A stretch of 64,000 nt of DNA from Hydrolagus colliei (Eukaryota). Of this stretch, positions 12,251 to 24,860 are shown piece by piece. The DNA is taken from assembly GCA_035084275.1 (NCBI GenBank), contig CM068750.1:8680001-8744000 (forward strand), read 5' to 3'. The notes under the pieces were generated by a model that worked only from the letters and a program-made list of their open reading frames with translations, was not told the DNA's origin and made no database searches. The position numbers were made by a program, and so were the translations under genes. Numbering within the stretch: the stretch's first letter is position 1; each line of letters opens with the position of its first letter.

Positions 12251-15200
12251 TAATGGGGGAGATGTTTATAAATTTAGAGTTTGAGAAAAAAAACTTTGCA
12301 GATAAACTGTGCATCAAAATTGGTCTTTCTTCACATTTTCTCTATAGCAAAACTTCCCTGCAGGCAAGGTTCCAAAGCCACTGCCAAGCTGCATTCAATT
12401 CATATTATAAATTCTTCTCTGGAGCAAGTTATTCCATTGACAGGATATTTCAAAGCCTAGATACAATCTAGTCAGATGGACATTTAGAAGCTATAGGATG
12501 TGAATAAAGTTGGAGTAGAGGAAGTTTGAATATTCTTGCCTTTGCAATATCAAAATTACTTTGAAGCATAAATTGCTGACTGATCCTGCTTGAGGAACTT
12601 TTATAACTCTGGTTGTAAATAAATCAGAATTTCTCTAGAGGAATTCATACTCATACAGATGCCAACCTTTGAGTTTTGGTAAAGTGTCTCCAAAGCAAAT
12701 TGAAGTACTGAGCAATTCAGACATCCCAAATCTCAAAATATGATTATCTTGATACACTGCCTGAAGCATTGTCCATGCCATCACTAGTATACAATGCAAA
12801 ATTCATACTCGGAGAATGTTTGTGTATTTGTTTGTTATTGAACTGACTCCAGAATCAAGGACAAAAGTTTTTATTTTTTTGATAACTTTTTGATTATTTT
12901 TAGCATGATGTGGTTTAATCAGAGACATGGGACAAATTGATGTAAGTGCAGAGATGTCCTGAAAAGATTAGGGTTCCTGGTGATTTAAATAAATCAGGCT
13001 GATGTTTGTCATGCAATATTTGCTTGATGTAGATCCAGCTAATCATCCAGTGGTGGGAGAAACCATACCAGTTAGAAGAAAAAGTCATCCGTGCTGAGCT
13101 ACATGTTCCCCTCTGCCAGGTGTGGCAGCTGAAAGGCTAGGGGGATGAATGGTCCATCTGTACACAAAGAATGTGGGAGGAAACGGAAGCAGAGCTAGCA
13201 GTGTGTAGAAATATCCCTTTCCTCGTGAGAATGTAAGTTGTGTTGATGCTTTAAATGCAAAAAGCATTTGGTTGAATTCACCCAAGAGACGTGAATTATA
13301 AATGGTATCCCAGGTTCCTGAAGTGGAGCTTAAAGCTTTATACCACAGCATGCTAAACCCGAAGGCATGCACAGAGACGTTTGCATTACAGATCTTCCAA
13401 GGTATCTGTCTCACTACAGTTCTAATAACTGAAACAATTGCTGCCACATTTTGCTGCCAAAAAGCTTAGGATTAACATAGCTCCCTAGGATTCTGCATTG
13501 TACAAGGTAAAACAAATCTACTTACCGAAGGGTAGTCAGACAAATCTTTTAAACCTGCAATTTTTAACAATGATTAAAAACTTTGCTGGGGTTTGGACAC
13601 ACAACCTGAGTTGAAACATGTGGCTCGAACATTTCATGAGCGCTACCTCAAGTGTTTTGACCTTTTCTCCATCATATGACTCATTTTGGCTTTGTAAAAA
13701 ATAATTCCATCTAAGTAGCAGAAGCCTTTGTACTACCCTCTCCTTGTTCAGCAATAAATCAGTTACACATCTGTATTGAATTCTATGAATCAGATGGACG
13801 AAAATTGAAGAAAATAGTAAAGTTCATCAGAAGCAGATTGTTTGTTGCGTTAAGTGAAAGTAACATGCAAGCAAACCTTGAAAATAGCTAGAAGCTGGAG
13901 TGTAGTGAGATCTTTTCACTTCAATTACTCAACCAAGCTTCAATACATATTAGGTATTTAAATTACGGTATGTTCATGAAGTTGTATTTTCATGCATACC
14001 TCTTATGTGTAAATGTGACAATATCATAAATTTCAAAGCAGAACAGTTGATGGATGGCATTGAAAGGGATGAGAACTATGTCTTGGATTATATATTTGCT
14101 CTGGACCACAAGATTGTTTCCTGCATTTGAGTTAATTTCCCTTTTAAGCACGAGCGTAAGAAAACACTTAACTAAAATTTTTTTATTTTTATGATAGAAA
14201 AATCTAAAGGTATGATGCTGGGTTTTTAAAATAATTTTCCCTCCTTGTTTCTGAGCTGAAACAAATATCTTCTTTCATAAAGAAATATTTCCTTGCCTTT
14301 TTTTTACAGCTTTATTTTCACTGCCTAAGCTTCTGTGTTGACTGTTTTTGTTATTTTTCACTTTCCTCCTTGCTTTTTGAAGTAGTGTTCTACGGTTCCA
14401 GAATGTAGATGTGCAGGGAGGACATGTCAAGGGATGTATAATTAGAAAGTCATTTCAGTGGCAGCGCAAAGTTCAGGAATGTCAAAAGGATCTAAAAAAT
14501 GCTGACAGTTACAAGTAAAATTGTCTTCAAGATTCTTGGAAAATGTCTGCCTTGGGAGCCAGTAGTTTTTAAGTGCCTTGAAACTCCTCATAGTGTTCGC
14601 TGGATGAACCTTTTTAATGAAATGGGTTGGAAAATGTCCCCGTAGATTAATGGGTTTGCAGGTTTTCTAGCGTCATTCTTTATCCAAGGCACGCTTGCTG
14701 CCAAATATGGGAATCTTCATAGATATAGAAATGCCACCAAGCAGTAGAATGAGTGCAAACGTGGCAAGTGGGGAGAGGAATTCTTAGTTGGTACAGGAAA
14801 TTTAGATCTCAAAGTTTGTTGCCAGGTAATTCCTACAATACACCAACTTACATCTAAGTCAATACTGACATAAGTCTTGTTCCTGAAGGGTGCTTTTGGC
14901 TTGAAAAGTGACAGCGCTGTGAAAGGATAAAAAACTCAGCCACCACCAGAACCATTTTCATTTCTAGTCACATAAGCAATCTTTTCTTTGCCTATTTCTC
15001 GACATGTACACAAGAACAATACCACTCTATTTGTCTACAGTTCTGCTCTAAATATCATTTGAAGTAGCTGAAATGTGTGAATAAAGGATTTTTAATGCTG
15101 CTTTGAGATTGTTTTTTAATGCTTCTGCAAGCCTGGCAAGTTTCTGAGCCACACTCAGAGCACAAGAGTATTTTTATGCAGTTTAGCTAATTTGCCATTT

Positions 15201-16564
15201 CTAAAATCTTTTGATTTTGTTCATTTGGGGACTGTGTCTTGTTTTGCTCTGCTTTCCTCATTTACCCCGCTCCCCCAGCTGTGAACCCATGACACTTTGT
15301 GCTTGATAGCGCAAATGAATGCCTCTTTTTGATCCGTTTTTATCTGTTCTACCTCTGCTAAACTTTACAGTAGTTCAAATAAAAAACTTAATAACTTGGT
15401 TCTGCACATTTTAGCTCCCTATTCTTTCATTCTCAATGCATGGAATTTATGCACAAACATCGACAGATGTGTGTCTGTGTGTCAAAACAATTTCATTCAC
15501 TGCCAGTTAGGGATAAGATGTGTTCTTGAGATTTAGGAAAAATCAGACTTAACAGATTTAGAAATGGTAAAAAAAATTGTTTTGTGTACCATTATATAAG
15601 AGATTTTCAATGCAATACCATAACTTTAGCTCATAAATAGTTAACCCAAATGTGCAAACATTTCAGTCCGGCCTTTGTGAGCTTGGCAGTAGAGAGAAGC
15701 ATTACCACAAAACCACTGCACATGTGGATAGATATAATGTCCCAGACTGTGTTATGGCATGAAAGGAAACTGGGAATATTTTAATATGTGCTCTACTGAG
15801 AAGTGCCAGGTAAGCCACGTTATCGGGCATGAACATGGGTTGAGAAGTTTTAACTCAGGAAAATTGCACTGCCTTTTAACTTTCATCATTTTGGACAGGT
15901 ATCCTTCCTAAGAATTAATTGCATCACTTTAACCTGGCATTTAGAGTGTGAAACTGCATTTGTCTGACAGAGCGATTTAGAGCAGGATAGGTGATAAAAT
16001 AATCTGAAACAATGCTTCAGTTATGACATTTTTATTATGCTGTACCATACATCATTTATTCAGCCAGACATACCTTTTCACATATCTGTCACCTGTTATC
16101 GCAAAGCTAAACCACACAGTGCTGCTTCTCACTCACCCATGTTTACAGTGTAATTGCTTGTTCTGATCTGTTTTTAATTCTTTACAAAAAATGTTTGCCC
16201 CTGTAGATTTAATCAAAGGGAAGCCAAGTTTTGGTATGTGGACATATCTCACAAATACCTATCTTTGTATTGGTTAAGTGAGAATTTGTGGCGCTGTGGA
16301 CCTATATCTTTGTTTCCCTCCTGTAACGTTCCTTTGCTTTATTTTGCCTTTAACTCTGCATTTGAGCTTGTTGCCAGGAAATGAAACTGCTAATAAAATC
16401 AACTGGAGATCGTGCAGGTTCTGGTGGGAGCAATACTAATTTTACAATAACACAGCGTTTATTTTGCAGTCAGAGATGAAACTTATCTTGTTGACATCTC
16501 TCTCAATGCTGATTTTAATTAAATATCTCCATAATAGCCAGGGGATAAATGATCAATTTAACTG

Positions 16565-16818
16565 AAGGATTGTTGGCCTGGACACTGGGAGAAACATCCT
16601 CTTTTTAAAAAGTGTTGTTCCTCAATGTCCGCTGAACAGGCAGATGAGATCTCGGTTGTTGATTGTCTCTCTTGAAGGGTAGCACCTCCCAACAATGCAG
16701 AGCTCCCCCAACACTGCATGGTAGTGTCATCTTACATGATGAGCCACATTGTAATCATTGTAGGACTTGAACCCACAACCATCTGACTCAGAGGCAAAAG
16801 TGCTGCCAACTGAGCCAT
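16565..16818 (-). mobile_element. Older DeuSINE (SacSINE1/AmnSINE1-like)
   Basis: - strand: TGGCTCAGTTGGCAGCACTTTTGCCTCTGAGTCAGA..GGGTTCAAGTCC head, then Deu-domain-like GGAGGTGC...AACCGAG..CTGCCTGTTCAG.GGAC...CCCAGTGTCCAGGCCAA. Confidence 0.75.
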
Positions 16819-18384
16819 TTGCAGATACAGGTATTTTGCAAACGTATTTATTTTATATGAAGGAAATTTGAATGAGTGGTTGATGCACCAAGTGGAAAGG
16901 AATTTCATTCATTTTATTCAATTCAAAATTCATTTTTGAATTGAAAACATAAGATAGATCTGTGCACTAGGTGGAAACAATCTGGTAAAGTCAGATTATG
17001 TAACACCTTGCCCTTGAAAAATGCTTTGTGCATAAATCAGAGATAATCAATTGGAAGCAATATAACAAATTTGGATTTTTAACTCTTGCGTGAGTACCAG
17101 GGATCTTGGCATTTGCTATACACAAAAAAACAAAAGACCAAATATGGAAAAAGACCAATGCTCAGTATCATTTCTCAGTAGATTTCCTAAAATGTGCATG
17201 CAGCTCCATGCCTCTGTAAGCACGGTGTTGCTATGTTTATATTTCAGTGCTACTGAAACTAGGCTGTCATCAGTTGCTGAATCCAGCAAGAAATCTCCTG
17301 GGATTCACTGCACATGTCTTATCAGGCTGAGTAATGTATCTTTCTCCTAATTATTTCCTTTGCATTTATTGTGTACACAAAATAATTTGTCAAAAATAGT
17401 AATAGAAAAAAGGATGTTAATTATAGCTTTTTCTAACTTTTTTAAAAAAAGGTAGGGCTTCCGCTTTCATTTAGCCTGGATGAATTATTCACAATTCTAC
17501 TGGAGGCTGAAACCATAGTACATTTGTATTCAAAGTATAATCTCATCCTGTGTTTAAAAGAACAAGTCTTGTGGGAGTCAGTGGAAGGGCACTGGTGGCT
17601 ACATATAGCTGGTGTTTCTCTGTATGAGCGCTATCAGTTTCCTGCAATAGTACGTGATTATTACATTTGTAATTTAATATATGTTAATTATGGCACTTAA
17701 GTCTCTGGAAAATGCACTGGCATGTATTTCCTTAAGCATTCTTTCTGCCTATGTAAAGTCTTTCATTCTGTGATTTTCTACTCAATATGGAAAATTGTTC
17801 TTTGGCATCAAGCAAAATTTTGATGAATGAGTTGCAGCCTAAGTGTATTCAGTTTTTCTAAATGTAACTGTACAGTTCCCAATCCTCATTTTGTGTAAAT
17901 TGACACTATATTTGAAGGATGTCAGCCAATTGATAATACCAGGTGAGATGAAGGTCCTCTTATGTATTTAATTTTCAGTGCATCATATTGTTTTCAGCCC
18001 ATTCAAAGGGTCTTTTTCGATGAATACTGGTAAATCATTTCTTGTCCATCTGTAATGGACATGGCAATGTGAATCAGGCCATTGAGCACCATAATGTCAC
18101 TTGCCTGCCAAATTACTTTGATGAAAATGATACACAATGCCTCTTAGCATTTCTTCCTCTACAGATAAAGCAAACAAACATTTTTCATAAAGCTGACCCT
18201 TATAAGTTTTTTCCCCAAACAAATATCACATTTTGAACATTTATTGTGTTACCAAAACAGTTTTAATTCAAATTTGCTGTTTTAAATCTTAGTTTAATTA
18301 CTTTAATATATTCATTACAATTCTGCAATTCTATTTATTAATTAGATTATTAATGCCACTGGTGAGTGGGCTGGTAACCTGGAG

Positions 18385-18657
18385 GACACTGATATTTAAA
18401 ATAGTTGTTAAAAGATATAGAAAGTGAGGAGAATATTTTTCTTGCAGCGAGTTGTTAAGATCTAGAATGCATTTCCTGAAAGGGTGGTGGAAGCCAATTT
18501 GATAACAAGAAGTAGATACTTGTTTAGGAGGACAAATTTGTAGGGCTATGGGGAGAACGCGAGGAATGGGTTTGATTTGGACAGTTTTTTCAAAGAGGCA
18601 GCACAGCCAATTGGCCTCCTTCAGTGCTGTATAATTCTATGATTGTATGATTCTATG
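18385..18657 (+). mobile_element. CR1 LINE 3' end
   Basis: RxxFFxQRVVxxWNALPE-like remnant, GGCCTCCT..GTGCTG hairpin region, (ATTCTATG)n-type tail. Confidence 0.8.
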
Positions 18658-19929
18658 TGCTTGTGCAATTTATACATTGATGGCCTGCAGTTTACATTTT
18701 CTGTATTTTAGAAGTGGGCTCAATTGCCATAAAGAAGTAATAACTATTTCAATAAAGAACAAATCTATAGAGAATAATAATAATACTTGCATTTTGATAG
18801 TGCTTTTCACGTCTTCCAGACAAATTATGAGAGTGGATTGGAGAATGGATTATGAAAATCGAGCTACAACTTTGTCCTCCACAGAAATAAACAGTTATAA
18901 TTCTTAGACTGATATTTCCTGAATGTCACAACTTTAAGATCAGGACTCTCAGTGGGAATATACTAATCATTGATAACTGGAAATTTCAGCTGCAGCAGTC
19001 TGAAATTTAGGATCCGTCCTATAGTCCCACGCTGCTGTGGTATGCAGTTTAAGAACAAAACCAACAAAAGAAAAGGGATAAAGGTCAACTCATTCAGCAG
19101 GGAAGCTGGATGTGGGGATCTGCCTGTAATAATGTGCAAAAGATTCCTACTGGATTCCTGCTGAAAGGTCATCTGCAGGAGTGCAAGACAGAGACTTGGA
19201 ATTTGTTCTGGGTAGCACTTGTACTGAGAGTTGTGGTACTTGAGATTGAACTCAGTGTTCCATCAACAAGCTGCTGGTGTAATTACAGCCATATCTCATT
19301 GCCAGGTTGCAGATGTAACCCTGCCTCCTTCACCTATATGCACTGTCATTAAATATGATGCTTTCAAAGGCTTATTTACTCTGCATTTTTCTGACAGTGG
19401 GGCTGTATCAGTTGCAGCTTATTAATTGTGTGCCTCTGCTATCAACAAATGTATCCATCTTTAAGTAAACCTTTGATCTGATTTATTTCATGCTGATGAG
19501 TGCAATTCTGTGTGCAGTCTGAAATAGAATGAATGGTGTGGAATGACTCTGAGAATTAATGCTTATAGAGTGAGTAAACATGAATTCCTAGCTGGTAAAA
19601 GCTTTCAGCAAAAAATGCAATGTAAAATGGTCCTGTGTGATATATAGGGGATGCTTCGTAGGTTACCACGGAACCCTACATTAATCCTGCAGTGTGCTAT
19701 GAAGTCCATCCTCACAAATAAGCCAAGTGTAGCGACCAACCTGAATATAGAACCAACTCCTGTATGTCCCTAAGACCTGTGTACTTTTTGAAATAAGAAA
19801 TATTTGGGGCTGAGATCTATGCATATGTAAGATAATAGTGCTGGAAATAAGGAGTCTTGCATTTCTATTTGCTTTCCTAAAAATCTGGCATATTCACTAA
19901 CCTAATGATTTTGCTTATTTAAAAAAACA

Positions 19930-20030
19930 CTGACGAAGGGTTGTGGACCCGAAATGTTGACTCACTTTCCTTTCTCCATAGCTGTTGCCCAACTTGCTGA
20001 ATGTTCCCAGTGACTTCTGCTTTTGTATTC
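19930..20030 (+). mobile_element. Penelope-like element terminal fragment with hammerhead core
   Basis: CTGACGA-AGGGT-TGTGG-ACCC-GAAA-TGTTGACTCACTTTC..TCTCCA..TGCTGA; paralogous to 24745-24860. Confidence 0.65.
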
Positions 20031-20287
20031 TGTGAATGGCTTTGGGATGTCCTTCCGACATGAAAGCGCTTTACCAAATTTAAGCATTATTCCTGTAATT
20101 CTATATTTACTGTTTCGAATCATAGTTTTTTTTAAATGGAATTGAAGAATGCATTCTTATATAGTAAGGTAGGATGATCCAGTTATAAATGTATACATCA
20201 TACCTCCTCTACCTGGATGGAATTTAATGAATTATGAATTAGCATTTTTATTTAAAAAAAGCATTTCATAATTGAGGAATGGTTAAA

Positions 20288-20590
20288 TGTGTAGCTCAGT
20301 GGTATGAGCACTTGCCTTATAAGCATGAAACCTGTGTTCGAATCCAGACAGATCAGGGCGAAACCCTGGGAAAGTTTCCTTACTCCACAGGCCTAATAAT
20401 AATCCCATCAAAAACAAATTGTTTTTTTCAATCCATGACTGTTTGTGGGACATTGCTGTGTGCAATTGGCTGCTGTGTTTCGCCCACAAATATACAGTCA
20501 ATTCACTTTACAGTATATTCTGTGAAGCGCTTTGAGACATCGATAAGATGTGAAAAGTGCTATATCAAATGCAAAAATTATTATTATATT
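20288..20590 (+). mobile_element. tRNA-derived SINE, full length
   Basis: Same family: A/B-box head, (ATT)n tail. Confidence 0.92.
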
Positions 20591-22165
20591 GTATATAAAA
20601 TTGTTATTATACAAATATGATGGTATTATTGAGGCAATTATAACATTTGATAAAATTGAAGGAAATCAAAGAGACACCCTTTGTGCCATTAACTTAGCAA
20701 CAAATAATACCTATTATCACTAGTGTAGTGATAGGGAATGACCTATTATGACATTGTTGGCTTAGCACAAACATGCATAGATTTCCCACACCACTTCCAA
20801 CTGGTGCAGCATTGTACACAGGCAATAATACTATGTAAATAGCACAGTGTTCTACACAACTGGGTTAAAATACCCTTTACATTTGATGTATCACTTTGGA
20901 CCCCCATGGCTTTTTTAAAGGATAAAAAGAGATCCTTAACAAACTAAAGTTTGTTTTATTATCTGTGATTTATTAAAGTGCATTCCATTATGTCAAACCA
21001 GAAGCAGCATCATGTTAAACTATCTTGTGCAATGTACAATTTTAGAATAAAGTTTGTTGAGCTTTCTTTTTAAATTAGGTTTGTCACCCAAGAGAAGCTA
21101 GAAGTGCTTTTTTGGCTTCTCAGTCAACCTACAATGTTTATATTTTACTCCTGGTTTAATTTGGCCAGTTTCTAAATTTTGTCTAAACCAAACCAGATTT
21201 ATATAAATTATAAGTGTTCTTTTCCAGTTTATCCTGACTATATGATGAAGCTCTTGCACCATTCAATGCAGCCCAACCTCTGATAAATGTCCATGCTGTT
21301 TCTTATATTCATTTTACATAACAATATTTCCATGGAGACTATCTGATCATTACTGTAAAGGACTAGGTGGACCATGTTAAATAAATAAAGGGTCAGAACA
21401 AAGAAATAACTGGTTATATTGCATTACATCTAAATACCTGTATATTGATTTCAAGGGTATTGATTGATTATATTATCTCTAAACAAAAATGTTAACTACA
21501 ATGTGGTAGTCTTTAAGTGAGTTATGTGTACTTTACATTTTTCTTGAATAAATACTAAACTTATTCAGGAAACAATATCACTGAATTGCTCGAGTTCCAA
21601 TTCTTTATCTACAAACGTAGATTGTGTGGGTTATCTTTGAACTCCTGTGGACATTTGAATTGAGCATCTCCTGATTATCCAGCAATTCAGAGCTGTATAA
21701 TTATCAGAATCTGTGTGCAAGTAATAATCTGGTTTCCATCTACTGGGAGTTTCTATTCTACAATGTAGCTGCTTTCTTCACTGGATATGCATCAATCTGA
21801 TAAATGATACCAGTTGCTTTCATTCATTCAATAAAACCAAATCTCAAAATAAATTACTTAAAATTTAGTAAAAGGGTGTTATGTGTTCAGAAGATACTTC
21901 CAGATACCAGATTAATAGAAATCAAACTAAAAGCTAATTTTTTCCTTTATTGTTAAAGACATATTACATAGTTTGAATAACTCAATTGTATTGAAGATAT
22001 ATGTTTTTATTGTTCTTTAAACGTTTACAATAGACCTACACCAATCATGAAATAGTTATTCGTCATTATAGATGTGTTGGAAATTGTATGAAATTGTAAT
22101 TGAAATTGTATGAATCATCAGGTGTGTTTGAAATTGTGACTGGTATTTCATTTTTTATTGTTTAG

Positions 22166-22742
22166 GTACAGCCTTATGGAACTCTAAATCTATCTCAAGT
22201 CCAGTTGAACTCCTTGGTGAATGATTGTATCCGGTGGCAAAATCTATTGCAAGTTTCTGAAACTCCAAGATTGGGGGAGAATGTTTCCTACACTTCTGAT
22301 ATCTTACTTTCTTCTGGAACATCACCATCTTTGTCTGTCTACAATACACCAAAGTTATCAGAATCTACTCTCTCTCAGCTTTTGGAGGATGCACACAGCC
22401 CAAGGCTATCTACAGTTCATAGTGCAATGGAAGGGGAGAAAGGAAAAATGGGTGAAGAAAAGGAATACCTTAGTTACTACCTCAGCAAAGCTCTGGCTGA
22501 CAGCAGCATTCTGACAGAGAAATACCTGGCAATTTTATCAGCAGATCATGATGAATCGGGAGGAGAGGTGGGAGAAAAACAAATATCTTATGATAATGAA
22601 GAGTCCTACTTGACCAGGGCACTTGGGATAAAACAAGTGAAAAAACCCTCTTTCCTGAATGACTTGAACTATTGCAGTGACACTGATCAAGAGCCAACTA
22701 TTGATTCCAACATTCCCATCATTCCACAGCCACTCAACAGAG
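22166..22742 (+). CDS. FSIP1: Fibrous sheath-interacting protein 1, large penultimate exon
   Basis: Acceptor TTTAG| at 22165; open frame VQPYGTLNLSQVQLNSLVNDCI...PKLSESTLSQLLED...SYYLSKAL...SYLTRALGIKQVKKPSFLND resembles recalled mammalian FSIP1 C-terminal motifs (QLKCLLDECI, GYYLTKAL, KTLGIGRLKRPSFLDD). Donor G|GTACTA at 22743. Convergent with THBS1. Confidence 0.85.
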
Positions 22743-23138
22743 GTACTATAATACCTCTTTGTCACGAAGAATTGCATGTTAATTAAACTGGTTGTTTAAA
22801 AGTAATGTTTCCCAAAACAAACATCCGAAGATGGGATGATGTTACTCTCATCCTTTAATCAAATTAAATGAGATTTCACAAATTTAAAATCAATAATAAT
22901 AACAATACATTGCATTTGATATAACAGCTTATCACTGTAAATGTTGTTGGAAATATTTTCTATTTACAAAAATATGCCCAAGGTCAGATTAATATTGTGT
23001 TGAATCTCTATTGTGGTCAATAATCTTTGGTGCAGAGGGAAATAAAATTATTTTTAACTAATAGATTCAGTGTTACACTAACAAATTCTTATGAAGCAAT
23101 TTTGATCCAGACAATTGAAATATATTTATTTTCTACAG

Positions 23139-23191
23139 ATGCTGAGAATGCAGCTGACAGGGGTGAAGAAATAAAAGAAGTGAGAGAGTGA
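23139..23191 (+). CDS. FSIP1: FSIP1 probable last coding exon
   Basis: TTTTCTACAG|AT GCT GAG...: phase-1 join gives DAENAADRGEEIKEVRE*, similar to the short acidic FSIP1 tail (…EECKEP). AATAAA at 23548. Confidence 0.65.
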
Positions 23192-23727
23192 GCAAGTCGG
23201 AGGTAATCAGGAAGGGGGAGTTCCAGAGGGGCAATAGAGAGGCCATATACTGTACAAGATTAACATAGAACCATATCATTAATAATAATCTTTGTATTTA
23301 ATATAGTGCCTTATCACTTTATTGAGCTGTCTTAAAGCGCTTCACAGAATATATTGTATTTTTGTGGGTAAAATGGATTTGTCATCTGTGTGTTCAGCTT
23401 TTATGCTGAGTTTTTTTTCCAGTATTTATAGTGGAGATTAAAAATATTTCATCTCAAGGAAATATTCCTTTTCCTTTTTTTTTAATCTAAAAATGTTGAG
23501 TCTTCTGGAATTGTGGAGATTGAAGATTTTGGGTTAGTTATTTATATAATAAAGAATGTATACGTAGACTAGATTTGAGTTTTCAACTATCTCAAATAGT
23601 GAACACTGGCTACAGCAAATCCTGTGTTTTGATGATCTGTGTTTTACTTGTTTTTCACTTTTTCCAATGACTCTCAAAGAAAAAATGCACAATTTAAATA
23701 AAAATAAATATCTTACTTCACATCGAA

Positions 23728-24043
23728 TAAATAATAATAATCCTTGTATTTGATATAACACTTTTCACATCTTCTAGATGTCTCAAAGCACTTCACAGAA
23801 TATACTGTAGAATGAATTCACTATATATCTGTGAGAGAAGCACACCAGCCAATTGCACACAGCAGTGTCCCACAAACAGAGGTGGATTGGAATTACCAAT
23901 TTATTATTGTGTTTTTTTTTTACTAGGGATTATTATCAGGCGTTTGGAGAAAGGAAACTTGCTCAAGATTTTGCCCTGCCTGGAATCGAACCCAAGTCAC
24001 TTGCTTGCAAGGCAGGTTCTCTAACCACTGAACTACAGGACTT
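23728..24043 (-). mobile_element. tRNA-derived SINE, full length
   Basis: Same family, reverse strand. Confidence 0.92.
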
Positions 24044-24179
24044 CACAATAATCCCCAATGTCAGAAGAATAAGCTATGACTGATGATAAGCTAGGATTCC
24101 AATCTTGAGAGTAGGCAGCTCCAAGGGGATCTTGCACACATTTTAATATGAGGCTGAAATAGAAAATTCATTTTTTAGG

Positions 24180-24340
24180 ATGTACAAGACAGTAGAACAA
24201 GCAGGGATGGGTTTAGTGTTCTAAAGGGCATTTTAGGGCAGATACCATGAAGTTTTTCTTTACTCGGAGAGTAACCAATGATTGGAACAGGTTGCCAGGA
24301 AAAGTGGATGCATTTAAAAAGCAGTTTGATGCTGTGATGA
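24180..24340 (+). mobile_element. CR1 RT C-terminal fragment
   Basis: KFFFTRRVTNDWNRLP...FKKQFD in ORF 24247-24438. Confidence 0.75.
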
Positions 24341-24744
24341 AAGGCTCATGTGGAGCTCATAATTTTTTGAATGGTTGGATTCTGACAAAGAACATTTTAT
24401 TGTATTATTTACAATGTTATTGTTTTAGACAACTTTGACTTCTACTTTAGTCTATATAATATTTAATTGATTTATACAGTTCTATTGTTACTGTTGTGTC
24501 TTCTTTGGCAGTCACCCTGTGTTCTGGCTAGAACAGAATAGAAATCTGAATAGAAAATGATCTGCTGAAGTGCAACAGGCCATATATGAAAGCACTATAA
24601 AGGGATTTATATTAGTTGTTAAAACATTAATGTGGTTTGGGTGTAAAATTGTGAATGCTTTAGTAATGCATGAGGTTCTTCCTCTGAATAGCTTTGTGTG
24701 TAAAATATAAGTTGGTCCCTTCATTCCGAACAAATGTGAAATAT

Positions 24745-24860
24745 TGCAGATGCTGGAAATCTGAAACAAAAACAAAAGTCACTGAGAACACTCAGCAGGT
24801 CAGGTAGCGTATGTGGAGAAAGTGAGTCAACGTTTCAGGTCCAAAGCCCTTTGTCGGAAT
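24745..24860 (-). mobile_element. Penelope-like element terminal fragment, hammerhead core mutated
   Basis: - strand: CCGACAA-AGGGC-TTTGG-ACCT-GAAACGTTGACTCACTTTCTCCAC..CCTGACCTGCTGAG..TTTCAGATTTCCAGCATCTGCA. Confidence 0.7.

Larger units (their letters stand above)
8540..13800 (+). pseudogene. Decayed TLR-like pseudogene unit(s) 4-5, interrupted by SINE and L2 insertions
   Basis: INGLSILKEL (~8718), NL*HLD (~9060), GAFLG (~9804), RTLNVNYHNRRLKAIYRKA (~10118), KLQILKLQHQG (10362-10394), CLCICLLLN*LQ (~12817). TIR-like LKQLLPHF (13429) and LILAL*KIIP (13680). Confidence 0.45.

Noticed and set aside
1-22165. Search for upstream FSIP1 exons (PGEKxLR...LxEIDxKL-type motifs)
   Set aside because: None found by eye. 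They probably lie outside the window, so the intronic location of the TLR-like array is inferred from FSIP1 gene structure rather than shown.
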